Assembly (NCBI RefSeq): GCF_009914755.1
Contig: NC_060929.1
DNA: 64,000 bases
Reading direction: 5' to 3' (one strand)
DNA from: the human T2T-CHM13v2.0 reference genome, Homo sapiens
The translations under genes were made by a program, and so were the position numbers. Shown piece by piece: positions 1 to 15,142 of this stretch (position 1 is the first letter of the stretch; each line of letters begins with the position of its first letter). Below the pieces are notes generated by a model. It was not told the origin of the DNA and ran no database searches. It was given only the letters and a program-made list of their open reading frames with translations.

Positions 1-73
1 AGTGATCTTCAAGGACTCCTGAGCCTTTAAGATCAATTTTTAAAAGGAATACATTTCCAAGTAAAACAGTTCA

Positions 74-451
<378 letters not shown>

Positions 452-3400
452 TTACAGGCGAAAACAAAAGCAGAGTGCTATCACATTTGCTGAACATAGA
501 CTGCACGGAGGCTATTGCATCAGCAGTCCAGGGATCACTAAAAGTGGAAGCCATTCCTGCCCAGCGAGAGCTTGGGATCGAGGGTGGAGGGTGGGTTGGT
601 GTATGCACGCAAGAGAATGTAACTGGCAGAAGAAGTGGATAAGCTCTCCAAGAACGACTCTAACATGTTGCTGTAGGAAGGAAGGGGAAGAGATGAATTA
701 ATTTTGATTGAGCAGTTTGGAAGAAGGATAAAGATCAAGGTAGCATATTTTATAGTAAGCATACTACCAGTGTTGCATAATAGTTACCAACAACAAATGC
801 CCTCACTTCTTATGCATCATTATTAATGTGATAAACTCCTATATAATTTGTTACATGTATACAAATTGGGTTCTATTGTTGCATCTAACAAATGACAGAA
901 TCGATAAAAGAGAGAAAACTGCTATAGTCTATTAGACACAATGACATGAGCTACAGGCAAATCTAGATCTTGGAGCAATCATGATAGTTAAGTTTGCTTT
1001 GAATTGAATCTAATGAATAATAGGATAATGTGTAATTCAAAATTAATTACCCATAATTTAGAAATTATGGCTTACACGCACAAAGGAATACCAGTCAACC
1101 ATTAGGAATGATACTTATGAAGACTATGTAGCAACTTGGACAAATTATAACAATAAAAGTTAAATGAGCAAAGCAGGATGCAAAGTAGTATGGGATTTGC
1201 ACATTATTCCAACTAAAATGCATCATAAAATACCTGTAATTATCATAAAAATTTACTAATACAATGTCTTTTTTTTCTACATTTCAAACTTCCTGTTCTA
1301 TTACTCTTAACAATTTAAAAAACACTAAAAATTAAAATAATGATTCTGATCTTTGATTACACAAAGGCTTTGTCTTTTGTGAAAATAATGACTATAATAA
1401 AGTTAGAAATGAAAGATGCTATGCTTTTAGAAAAAAATACACATATTCAGTTCTGAGAAAAATCACAGTAAAATAAACAATTTCTTTATAATTTTAGTGT
1501 GAGAACATGAAGGTATTTAGCTTATTAGTGTTTATTAATGATTACTTAAAAATACAGTGTAAATGACATATGCTAAATGTACTTACAGATATTTTATGTA
1601 CATACATATATGTGCATGTATATAAATGTGTGTGTGTATAAATATGAAAAACAAAACCATATTTCTGAATGTAAGTTCCTTAATTCTGAAAGTTTTACTG
1701 CAAGAAAATACATGCTTACTTTTTATCCTTGCAACATAAAAATAGAAAAGTAGACAGAGATGGCTGCTGTCACAAATAATTTCAAAAACTTCATTATTTA
1801 TTTCTTGAAATAAGCTAAACTGCATGTCTTCTTTTCCTCAATAATGACACAGCTTAGTTTAAGTCAAGGGTAAAGCTCAGAGATGAATGACATCCCATTA
1901 AAGGTCATTTTCAATGAACATGTCACTCAATTTTAACTTTATAACAAGGACACTCAGTGTGGGAAGCTTCCTGTCCTTTTAACCAAAGCCACTTCCTAAC
2001 TATTCAAAGATGACTTTGCACCTGTGAACTGCCTATCAATAAAACCAATACATCTCCTTTAAATTAAAAAAAGAAGGAAGTGAACTAGCCCCGTCACATT
2101 GCTCCTAGTTCATTATTTGATCCTGGCTTGCTGCACTGAATAGAAAGTGGGCACTAGAAAAAGACAGTAGTCATTCTGTAGGTTTGCCAGTTTCAATGAC
2201 AAAGCAGTAGCAATATTGGCCTCTCAAAGGAGACCAGCTTGGGGTAGTGAATCTATCTGCTAGAGTAACAAGAAATGGCAAATTATTTCTTTTATTTCAT
2301 TTTATATCTTGTCTCCTTAAAAATTTAAAGCAATTATTTTCATATAAAAATGGATAAAATTCAGAAAAATAAAAATGTGAAACTTCCAACTCAACATGGA
2401 TAGATTTTCCTTTTATGTAAGAGCTAACCTAACAGCAAGAGGTACAGAGAAGTAATATTTGCATGCTCGTTACAAAAAAGAGGAAAAAGTAGCCATGTTA
2501 TCTTTTGCTGGGTTTCATCTTGTTCTCCTTTTCTAACTTCTGTGCAATAAAGCAGGATAAATGGTTAAGTCCGTAGAAAATTTTCCTCAGGCTCTGACAT
2601 GTCATCTATGTAGCTCTCAAATATCTTTTATTACAATCCTTTCTTAATGGCTACAGAGAGAATCTGAAGGAATAAAAGGACAACTGATGTGAACACAGAT
2701 AATCTTTGATGGCAACTGGAGATGGAGTTCAAAGGGGATTCTTGGCTATTTTAGCACGTTGATATTGAAGAAAAAGGACTATTTCAAAGCCAGTAAATGT
2801 ATCTGCCAGACCTTTATCTGGGTACTTTATTCAAACTTTTATTAAGTTAATAGGGAGAAAAGTATCATAAGTTAATAGGGGGAAAAGCCCATTAAAAATA
2901 GATTTCCATCAGCTGTAACATGACTGGACGTATTCTGTAAGACTTGGGTTAACATGCTTGATATTATTTTGTCTAGCTCATCAACATCAACAAGGTAGTA
3001 GGGCAATGGTGAAGTTAGGATCAGACTGATGTAGGTGAGACAATTCTGCACATGCAAACTTTTGAGGCTCGAATGTGAAGATTCAAGAAAAATCATGGGA
3101 TATACAACTCTTGCACCAAAGTAGAAATACTTGATTTACAAATTTAAATATAAGGTGCTTCTATCCTAAAATATCTACAAAAATGGGACATTATCAGAAG
3201 GCAAGCAAGTGGCTTAATCTGTAACATAATTGAAGCAGTGACCACACAGTGATTCAGCCCTGAAGAACACAAGACTAAACTTACAAATCTTGTGCAAACT
3301 GTGTTCGTTTTGGACTATATCTTGAGAACCTACTACCAAAAACTCTTTAAGAGCTTGAAATATGCAAAGAATACATAAAGAAGTAAAATGTCATCAAGTC

Positions 3401-3515
3401 AGGAGAGAGAATTTTCTATATAATAAAGAGCACATGAAGACAAAGTATTTCCAGGACAGCAGTGGTGGCAATGCCAGAAAAGGACTTTTTATTATGTTAT
3501 CTGCATGACGACCAC

Positions 3516-3518
<3 letters not shown>

Positions 3519-3555
<37 letters not shown>
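3519..3555. repeat. (TG)n microsatellite, about 18 units
   Basis: Perfect tgtgtg run; reads (CA)n in the pre-mRNA. Confidence 0.97.
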
Positions 3556-3557
<2 letters not shown>

Positions 3558-4597
3558 ACATCTTCACTCCTCAGGTTGCAGTTTAAAAATTAAGCAGAAT
3601 AGAGAAAGTGAGAGAAATAGCACGAAGACAGAGGCATTTGTGGTTTTAAAAAAGCTTTTTTGCTGGGTTTCATCTTGTTCCAGCTTGGGGGAAATTTTCA
3701 ATGAAAATATCCCTTCCTCCTCAGAATTTTACTCCTTATGTTTGAGAGTTACATAAATGTTCCACAATTCTGTGCAACATGTTAATTTTCATCTGTTATA
3801 TTTTAACGAATAAAATTTGCAAAAGTTCTAGTATCCCTTGAGTCTTACAGATATTACTTCAATGTTCAAATTACACTTTGTGCAAGTCATTCACATGCTG
3901 TTGAACAGGAAAACAGACCAAAGGATATATCACTAGTGTAATACTGAACCTCCTCTTATGAATTGTCTTGTTCATAGAAATTTCTAATTTTACACACATA
4001 TTTAGAGTTCATAAAGCTAAGGATTAAGGTGGCTATAACCAGAGTGTTTGAAAACTGAGTAATTGAGAATTAGAGCTCTGTTGGAGACAGGCTGGTAGCA
4101 AAGCAGTGAGTGTACATAGATCATAGAACAAACCAATAGATTGATTTTTTGCCACTCCAAATAGTGCTTCACCCAATAATGTATCAGCACTTTTCTTTAC
4201 TGGCTTCAAATATACAACTGCATGACTAATATCCATAAAAAATCAGCCAACAGTTTCTGTCATTCCATTTCTAAAACTGTATAGAATTGAAAATATGTAT
4301 TCTTTCATTAAGAAGGTAATGCTCAAAAATTTTTGGAAAAAAAAGAGGATATCAAGCTTCCCAAGATAGAAGGTTAAGGGACTGCTGAAATTTAGACATG
4401 ATGCTTTTTGATATGGTCACCATCGGCACAGAGCATACATAATGGCCCCTGTAAAAAAAGGTCTGCTTAGGAAGGAAATAACATATGCGTGGGGCTGTGC
4501 TCAATGTGTATGTTACAAAGAAAGAAAAGGAAAAAAGCCTTTCTTTGGATTTGCTTTAAATACTTTTGCTTCCATGCAGGGCTTAAATTCTATTTAA

Positions 4598-4916
<319 letters not shown>

Positions 4917-5019
4917 TAAAAGAGTTCTATCTCAGTTGGGTTTGAGAATGAAAGAGTGGAAGCCATTTGCTCCTTATATGAAGAGAAAGACGTAACTTAG
5001 GGATAAAAACCTGAAAGTA

Positions 5020-5324
5020 GGCTGGGCACAGTGGCTCATGCCCATAATCCGAGCACTTTGGGAGGCTGAGGCAGGCAGATCGCTTGAGGTCAGGAGTTTG
5101 AGACCAGCCTGGCCAACGTGGTGAAACCCCACCTCTACAAAAATACAAAAATCAGCTGGGTGTGGTGGCGCACACCTGTAATTCCAGCTACTCAGGAGAC
5201 TGAGGCAGGAGAATCACTTGAATCCAGGAGGTGGAGTTTGCAGTGGGCCAAGATGGCGCCATTGCACTCCAGCCTGTGTGACAGAGCAAGACTGTCTCAA
5301 AAGCAAAAAACAAAACAAAAAAAC
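5020..5324 (+). mobile_element. Alu (AluS-type), full length
   Basis: ggctgggcacagtggctcatg...A-rich tail; flanked by cctgaaagta TSD. Confidence 0.95.
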
Positions 5325-6951
5325 CCCTGAAAGTAAAGATGTCAACATACTATATTAAAAAAAAAAAAGACTTTGTAAACATGGGGTTCTTTAAGTTATA
5401 GAGAGTCACAGGAGTACTCTAATTATCACATTCATAAAAGCCCCCTAATGAATGAGAAGAATTACAGGACAATTTACAAGACTCTTCTCTGTGAGCCATC
5501 CTGCAACTGCCCTAGTCTCTGATCTCCAATGCACTGGGCTGGGTACTGAGGAGACACCAACAAGGAGCAGTCAGGGAGTATGGAGAAGGATTTCCATTTC
5601 AGGAGAAGTGCTAAAATACACAGCTCCTCTTTCCACCTGTCACAGGCTTCATACAGTCTCCGCCAATCAAGTTTGTGTGCAGAAAAGACCTTTTACTGCT
5701 GAGTCGTATCTTCAGAACATAAACAGAAAAGGCTGGCTTCACCAGCGGAATGCACCTCTATCACCTAGATTTCTCTACTAATTAGGGAGCATCACAGTCA
5801 TTACATATGTGCAGGCTCACTTTCATTTTTTAAGATATTTCAGTGAAATAAACAACAGACCAGAGATGCTGCAAGATAAAGGTAGCAGATCTGCAGCATC
5901 AGGGAAACATTCTGATTTTAAGATCCCACTCTTTCCTCTCAGGGGAAGTCACACATTGCAAAATGTAGGAAGAGAAGATGGCTCTAAGTAGGTAAACTGT
6001 CAGAGAATGTTCTCTCAAGCAGGGTTTGGTTTAATTAAGCTGCAGCCAGCACTATGTACTTTAAAAAGCAACAATAAAAACCCAAGTCCATCCACCGTCT
6101 GCCACTCTTGCTTGGCTTGCTTTGAACAGCAGAGTTATTACATAATTTGCCTTTACAGTGTTTCATGGCCACTTCCAGCTTTTGGGGGGTTAAAGGTGGA
6201 AGGATAGAGGTGATGGGTATTCAAAAACTCCAGTTAACTGTAAAAAGCCAGCGAGAAATGATTCTTTGTGTTGATTCTTAGGAATTTCAAAGAAAACGGT
6301 AGTGCGGGTGTCTGAATCCCCCAGGAGCTGTTCAGAAGACTTCGGCTGCAGCTGAGGCTGAGGCTGTGCAAAGAGGGGATAGAGTTGATGGCTAATTAGC
6401 TGTATTTATGTGGCACTGCATTGTCTCCAGGCTCTCCTTGCAAAAGACAGGAGGGACTTTGCATTTGAGAGATTAGAAACCCGCATTAAAGAGGCAGGAT
6501 GAGGTGCTGTCTGAACAAAGCGTTAGGGCAAAAGAGATTCAGGAATAGCCTTGCTGATGCACCTCCTCCTGTGGGGGGCCACGGGGCCCGGTGAGCACAC
6601 ATCCCTCAGGAGTGAAGCTGGTGATGCTGCCTACTCCACAGACTGGCATCACGAGGCCGGCCACTGTGCTGTGCCCCACAGAAGACAGCTGTCAAGGCTG
6701 CTCCATATGACTGGGCCTGCCTGTCCCTTCCCAAAGTCACTGTGATGGAACCAACTGGGGCATCACTGATGCTCATCTAGAATTCTCTCTGCTCCTAATT
6801 TGCCATCCACATCTAGGGAAACCTGGGACATGGCCGTCCCTGTTACTGCCTTCTAAAGGGGCTTTGTCCCTGACGTGCCAACCTCCTTCAGATAATCCTG
6901 TGGTCTTGGTTTATATGTTTGGTAATATGTCCTTCGAAGGACAATCTAGTC

Positions 6952-7168
6952 CAATGGTCTCAACCAGGGCAATTTTAACACCCAGGGGGACAAGCGGCAA
7001 TGTCTGGGGACATTTTTGGTTGTCATGGCTGTGGCAGAAGGTGCTACTGGCATCCAGTGGGTAGAGTCCAGGGAGGCTGGCAAATACCCTGCAATGCACA
7101 GGCCGGCTCCCTGGAACAGAGAGGTATGCTGCCCCACATGTGACCAGTGCCGAAGCCGAGAGGCCCTG
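6952..7168 (+). mobile_element. MER20 (hAT-Charlie) DNA transposon
   Basis: ggcaatgtctggggacatttttggttgtca...tgctactggcatccagtgggtagag...cctgcaatgcacagg matches the MER20 core. Confidence 0.85.
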
Positions 7169-8374
7169 GTGAAGTTGTAAAAGACAGTATTGATGGTGTG
7201 GAAGGCTGAGAGATAAAATACAATTAAGAAAACTAAACGAGACACCTGAAACAGAGTTTTAAGTCTATAAACTCACTGAAACTAAAATAGCAGCACTTTT
7301 AGGTGATGGGCTATATCTTCCACTAGAGGTGAGAAAGAAGTAGAAGAATATGGTTCATCCATGGATAATGGCAGACGAGAGTTGCTGCGCAAAAATGCAC
7401 AGCCGTGATCTTTGCAGGCTCATGAGATATGTTGCTTCCAGGACATGAAATATCATGCCTTGAGTCAACAAGCTCCCAGCATATGGTGAGGTGAAGGCCG
7501 AGGGAGACTGTACTCGAACCAGCCAAGAGGAACGGGCGGCAGCTGAAAGAAGCAGATGGTTAGAAAGGAAATGATATTAAGCGGCAAAAGAAAGAGTATG
7601 GTTACTAATGAGAAAATGAAAACTGTCTGGAAGAAAAAGAAAAACAACCTGTGATATTAGGAAATGAAAGCCTAGGAGCATCCAAATGTCATGAGGAGCA
7701 GATGCATGAAGTGATAATAAAAAATCAAGTCCACGAACAGAAACTGTCACTGACATTTAGAGTGATTAAGATAAATTCTGGTTTGCGTATTGAGAGTCTT
7801 AAAAGCATGCATTTGGTCTAGCTATTTCACTTCTAAGAATGCACTCTCAAGAAGTGATTAAGGGGGTAGGTGAGATTTAACTACACAGATGTTCATTACA
7901 GTTTACATTAGTACAAACTTGGAAGCAACCTGATTTTCTAGGAATAGGGGATTGGTTCGCCACGTCATGGTATTCCTCTACCATGGAATTCACAGTAGCT
8001 CCTCCTCATTCCAGTGTGAAGAACTGCTTACTGGCAAGGAAAAAAGTCAGTCTGTGTCAAATGATAAGCTGTCATAAAGTGGTCAGCAAAGTGACATAGA
8101 GCAGACTTGTGCCTACACCTTCCCGCCCATCAGTGGTGTGCCAAAGTGGGCAGTGGGGGCTGTCACCTGGGGGCAGGTAATAAGAGGCTGCACTCTTTGC
8201 AGGGAATGTACAGGTAATGAAATGAATACAAGTTGGGTTTTTGTTCACTACCATGTGCAGACAATGCTACACGATTTCACTGGTAAGAGACTCCTCCTCA
8301 CAAGGAGAGCCCCCTACTCACTGCACACCCTGAATGGGCCACTACATGCCTTTTTTTCTTTATTAAGAGAATGC

Positions 8375-8740
8375 CCAAGGTTCACCTAGGGTCATAGTTG
8401 TCACAAAAGACTACAATCCCCAGCCTCCCTCGCAGCTCTGGTGCCACTACGAGCCAGTCTAGGCCACAGGGATGTAACAGTGATGTGTGCAACTTCTGGG
8501 TGGGGTCCTAAAGGAAAGGATACTCCTGTCTTCTTTCCCCCATTTCTGCTCCTGAACTGTGGATGTGAAGAGCCAGAATCGTGACCATGGGGAGGAAGGC
8601 AGCACCCTGAAGATGAGAGCCCCATAAAATACAAGGAGCCCACCTCTGAAGACTCAAGAGACCGGAGTTCTACATCAGTGGAAATACACTTACTAACTAT
8701 AAGACCTTATGAATTTTGCTGTCTGATATGGCCTCTAACA
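8375..8740 (+). mobile_element. Old MaLR LTR fragment (MLT1J/K-like)
   Basis: ctacaatcccagcctccctcgcagct...gatgtgtgcaacttctggg resembles old MLT1 LTRs; boundaries approximate. Confidence 0.5.
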
Positions 8741-11700
8741 GAAAAACATCTGAAAGGATATATGCCCAGATGTAAGTTGTAACTATGAATCTCTCTAGAA
8801 GGAGGCACGCTGAAGGTGTGGGTATTATTTTCTTCTTGGAGGTTAGTGCTATTTTACTCACATATTATTTACATGTTAACTATGTAAATGTATACCTAGA
8901 TATTTATCATTAATATCTACTTTGTCTGAAATGAGAAGAAACTGTTAAAGTTCAAATCTCCATTGTGGTCATTTTAACTACTAATAAAATTCATGTTTGT
9001 GCTTTGGGATATGCATGCTGTTTATTTAGCCCTAGAGTCTCACTTTTGGGTCAAGAGCATCCGAATGACATAGCAGGCAACGTGTGAGGCTCTTGAAGAA
9101 GTGGTGGCCAATACCGATATCCTGAAAATCCAAGAAAACCTTGTAGGTGGTGGGATTTCATGATTTCTCATAACACCTTCAGTGCAAAGAATTTGTTTAG
9201 TCTGGCAGGATCAAAAGTCCTGCTTCTCCAGGGATACTTTTTGACACATACACATATACCTTTGTTGCATATAAACTTAAGTTCTTAGATGATAACAGTA
9301 ATTTAGATGGTGCATTTGTTTTGGTGGTGATTGCAGATTCAGAATACTGACTAACAGTGAGATAAATGCAGCACTGTCATGAGAGGCTGGGGAACAGCTC
9401 AAAACACAGGGAGGGAAGACTGCGGAAGACGCTTGGCTCACAGCAGCCCTTGGGGCAAAGTCTCACCAGGAAAGAAACAGATGAGTCTGGGAAAAGTCAC
9501 AGCTATGAGCATCCACCCACAATTAAACCCACAGCAAGAGCTAGGGGCCACCATAGGCCACAGTGTAATTGGGGCCAGGCATTGGGCTAGAAGTCACAGA
9601 CCGAAATAAGACCCACAGAGTCCTTTGCCCCAGAAAATTCGCTCTCTTTGGGGATCAATTGCTATACTTAACCCATAATATGATAATAACTAGCAGAGAA
9701 GTTTAAATAAAATTATGGAGAAGTAGATTAGGGAGTAATTGTTTACTTGAAAGAAGTCTTGGAAAGATAGAGGGGATGTTTTATTTGCTCTTGAATGATT
9801 ATTCTCCAAGTAGTGAGTGGGGAAAGGGAGGGCCAGGCAGTGGAACAGCATGAACAGAAGCGTAGAGGCTGGTCTGCGGGATCCTAAGACAGGCCAGGAA
9901 AGAGTGCGGGCAAGAAGCCTTGAAAGTTCTTCCAAGACATCTCTTTCATTGTGGGAAAAATAAGGGGGCATTGAAGTTTTACACAGAGGCCCATTCCTAC
10001 TGCTTTTATGCATAAAACAGCACCGTGTATATCACAGGTGAATCTTCCAGTCATTTATGCATTTGGCATCTACAACTTAACAAAGAGGTGAAAAAGAGCA
10101 AAAATATTTACTGTTAAATTGACTACAGTGCACTCAGTTGTGAAACAAAGATGATCATGAAAGAAGACCTACCAGATAAAAATAGTGGATCAGAATCCTG
10201 TTTGAATTGATAGGTTTGTCTCCTCACCCATGCAGACAGACATATATTTTTTACCCATTTAAATTAAATAACTTTAAATTGATTTATAAGCTAAAAAGGG
10301 AGGTTTTGGATTCCATCAGGTCCTGCTTATTTAGTTTTTGTTTTTCTCAGTGGCCCTCTGCCCATGGTCAATCTCACACCAACAGCGCCTTGAAGAAGGT
10401 CTGACCTGACCAGCAGCTGGTGGAGGACAATGTCCCGTCACCTCCAAACCACGCTGAAACAGTACCCACCTCAGGACACCATCACAGGATCGTTGGCCAT
10501 AGACCAAGGTGAAAACAAACCAAAAAATGCTGATTGCTACAAAAGGTGCAAAAAGTAAATGAATCCATTTTGTCTCCTCCTATTTCCCTGGACCCCAATC
10601 TTCGGATTCCCTCCACCAACCATGCAGTGACAGTCTGCTGTCATAAAGCCCTGCTGAGGGCAGAGAGGGTCCTTCTGGGGGAGACGCGCCTTCTTGGCAG
10701 ATGACATGCTGACTGTTTCATGGGAGGTTTTGTCCAAAACGGACTAGAGAAACTAGCAATTCCTTAGAACTCAGCAACAGGCACACAGCAGATGCAAAAA
10801 TGGATGAGTTTGCAAGGACCTCTTAGACCAGAAAGTGATGCATAGAGTGTCAAACACTTCTGCACACAGGAGCTCGTAGTCTGGTGCTTCTAGACTAGAA
10901 TGGCCTAGAAGTCTGATACTTCTAGTATGGTTCAATAGCAACCATTTCTTGAACTAACAGCATGCATGCATCATATTTTTGTATCATATATTTTCTAGAA
11001 TTATCCCTACAGGGATTTTTTTTTAAAGTTTCTGAGATTTTTCTTATAGCTAAATTTGACATGCAGAATATTATAGTGTCTTTTTAAGGTCAAGAACACC
11101 AATGCCAAAGGTAAGGGTCAACATAAATTTCTGGACTAGAAAAAGTTCTAGAGGCCATCATTAAACCAATTATTATTTGTATCACTTTTACTCCTGTTAT
11201 AATATTTGGCTCCTCTGTCCTGGAAGGTCTGTGTTGTAGACTAGATAACCTTTCATTTTACATAATGTCTTACACCTTTCAGTGAGGTATAAATTTCTCT
11301 GAAAAAAACCATACACTTTTATAAGCATACATTAACTTAGTGCCTTTATGAACATTATTTTTTAAAGGCCATTTGCAAAGATTACAAATGTAATTTTCAT
11401 TGTAGAAGATTTATAAATACAGAAGTACAAAAGGAATCAATCATTATCTTCTCTTGGATCTTACTCTGCTTTTTCAAGAAACACATATATTTTGTACAGG
11501 CAAATAGCATTTTGTATTTGCATATGACATATTATACAAAACTGGCCAGATTGTATCTGTATCATCTATACCTATATCTATGTACGCACCTGTTTTTATA
11601 TTGCTTTTTTTCACTTTACTTGTGAAACTCTCTGTAAGCTCCTTGATGAGATAAATCAGTTTCCAGGCCCTGAAGTTAACCGCTGTTCCAGTGTTAGCAA

Positions 11701-12446
11701 AGGTGGGGATGCTTTGTCCTCCCATCGCTCCCTGTCCTGGTGGGGCCTGTGGTGAGGGGTTTGGTCTCTCATGGGCTCCCCAAGACAGGAGCAGAGACTG
11801 TTCTGATGCATCAGGGTTGTGAGTTGCTGCCTAGCGGCCTTCGTTTTGCTGCAGGGGAACCTACTTCCCGCTGCAGCAGGTGAGGGCCATTCTGTTCTCA
11901 AGAGGCCTCCAGCTCCAGCTCAACATTGTTCTGAATTCACCTGAATTGTTCCCCACGGCCAAGCTTCTAATGCCATCCTGTGGAAGGGCTGTGAATTCTC
12001 TGTTACCCCATTTCCAATGGAAAGTGTGAGACTGAAAATCTAAATGCTTCGAAACCAGCGATTAAATACATGATGGATCTTTGGCCTCCCTCTGTCTCTC
12101 TCTGTTTCCCTTCTTATACCACATCTCCTGTTCCACCCATCCCTGTCACCTGGATGGCATCAAATCCAGCTCCGACAATGCCCTAAGTAAATGTGTGAAT
12201 TAACACAGCGCCTGCTCAGAGGTGGAATGTCAGAGCTTGCTAGGGCCTCAGGTGTCTTTTTTTCTTTTTTAAGTAATTTCCTATCCTGGCTCAACTGCGA
12301 GACGTGAGGGAAATCATTTCATGTCCCACCGTCTCAGCTGTGAAATTCCCACAGGAAAATTGTGCAGATGCATTAGTGATTTTACCTCCTGATGAAAATG
12401 CAGGGCTCATTCTCTATATATTGAGGATATATTACAGTTGCAATTA

Positions 12447-12713
<267 letters not shown>

Positions 12714-13440
12714 CTAGCACTCAGCACTCCATTCTTCCACCTGGAAAGGCCTCTTTCTCCATGGACACATTTCTCTTTGGAAGTGTTTAGCTGCCAGCTT
12801 CTGAAAGCTCCCCTGATGGCCACAGTGGAAAACAATTGGAGAAACTTAGAAAGGTCTTAGGACCTTTTATCCCCCACAAATAAATGACTTATCAGCAATA
12901 GTTACTTCTATAAACATCTGTTATTGTTGATTGAAATTCACTTGTGAGAAGGGAAGAATGTACAACCACGAGAGATCCCAAATATCATCCACTAACAGAC
13001 AGCGCCCCACCTCTGACTCCCTGGCTGGGGATTGGGGATCGGGTAATGAGGAATCAAAGACTTAGAATTTCGGTCAGCTCTGGTGGGGGGCATATTTACT
13101 GCCCACCGGAGCATTTTCCGAGTGTCAAGGAGGCTACAGGTGCAAACCAGGGTTGTCCCAGGAAAGTGAGGGGCTGTGATCACCTGGGGTGCATAAATAT
13201 TTTTAGTCTACATTTTTTTGAGATGCCTGACACTCATGTTTTCTTAGCCAAAAGGTTAAACAGTGGTTAAGGACACATGTTGTGGAGCCGGACACCTGTA
13301 GAACCCTAGGTGTCCGATTTAGCTGTGGGACTTTGGACAATGCACTTGACATCTCTGGGACATGGTGTACCCCTCTGTAAAATGGTCATAACAGGTCCCA
13401 CATCTTAGGTTCTTGTGCATTAGGTGAGCTAAAACATGTG

Positions 13441-14245
<805 letters not shown>

Positions 14246-14491
14246 GCGTGCAAGTACTGGGAAGAAAGCTGGGGCACAGTAAATGCTCTTCAAATGTTCA
14301 TATCATTAACAGTGGCAGGAGATGGCACAGTGCGGAGCTCCAGAGGATGGGATCTAGGGCTAGCCGGCTTGGCTTCCAATCCTGGGCCTACCATTTCACA
14401 AGCTGTGGGGCCTTGGGCAAAGTGCTTAATCTTTCTGTGCTTCTATTTCCTCATTTGTAAAGGGAGGGTCATATTAACAGTATCATGTACA

Positions 14492-14806
14492 GGCTGGGCG
14501 CGGTGGCTCATGCCTGTAATCCCAGCACTTTGGGAGGCCGAGGTGGGTGGATCATGAGGTCAGGAGATTGAGATCATCCTGGCTAACAAGGTGAAACCCC
14601 GTCTCTACTAAAAATTCAAAAATTAGCCAAGCATGGTGGCGGGCACCTGTAGTCCCAGCTACTCAGGAGGCTAAGGCAGGAGAATGGTGTGAACCCGGAA
14701 AGCGGAGCTTGCAGTGAGCCAAGATTGCGCCACTGCACTCCAGCCTGGGCAACACAGTGAGACTCCATCTCAAAAAGAAAAACAAAAAAACAAGCAAAAA
14801 AAACAC
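14492..14806 (+). mobile_element. AluY inserted in a MIR (MIR about 14323-14895)
   Basis: atcctggctaac and gcggagcttgcagtgag; 14-bp TSD cagtatcatgtaca at 14478-14491 and 14807-14820. Confidence 0.93.
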
Positions 14807-14928
14807 CAGTATCATGTACAGAGCCACAGTGAGGGTTAATAAGCTCACAGATACAGCTCTTTGAATAGTGTCTGCTCAAAACTATTTGCTAAAATACTAG
14901 TTGTAATAACTTCTGATTGTTGAGAAGA

Positions 14929-15142
14929 GGGGTGAGCAAACTGCCGCCCAGGGGTCCGATCCAGCCCACAGCCGGTTGTGCATAATTGGTGTTTTCCTGG
15001 AGGACACCCAGGCCCATTTGTTTATGAATGGTCGGTAGCTGCTTTCATGGTACAATGCAGAATTACATGGCTGTGACTGAGACAGTATGGCCCGCAACAC
15101 CGGGAATATTTATTCTCTGACCTTTTGCAGAAAACGTTTGCT
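14929..15142 (+). mobile_element. MER58A-like hAT MITE
   Basis: ggggtgagcaaact...atttattctctgaccttttgcagaaaacgtttgctg. Confidence 0.75.

Noticed and set aside
2843-2887. Small tandem duplications (25-bp period here; 15-bp period near 61362-61392)
   Set aside because: Ordinary slippage duplications with no sign of function.
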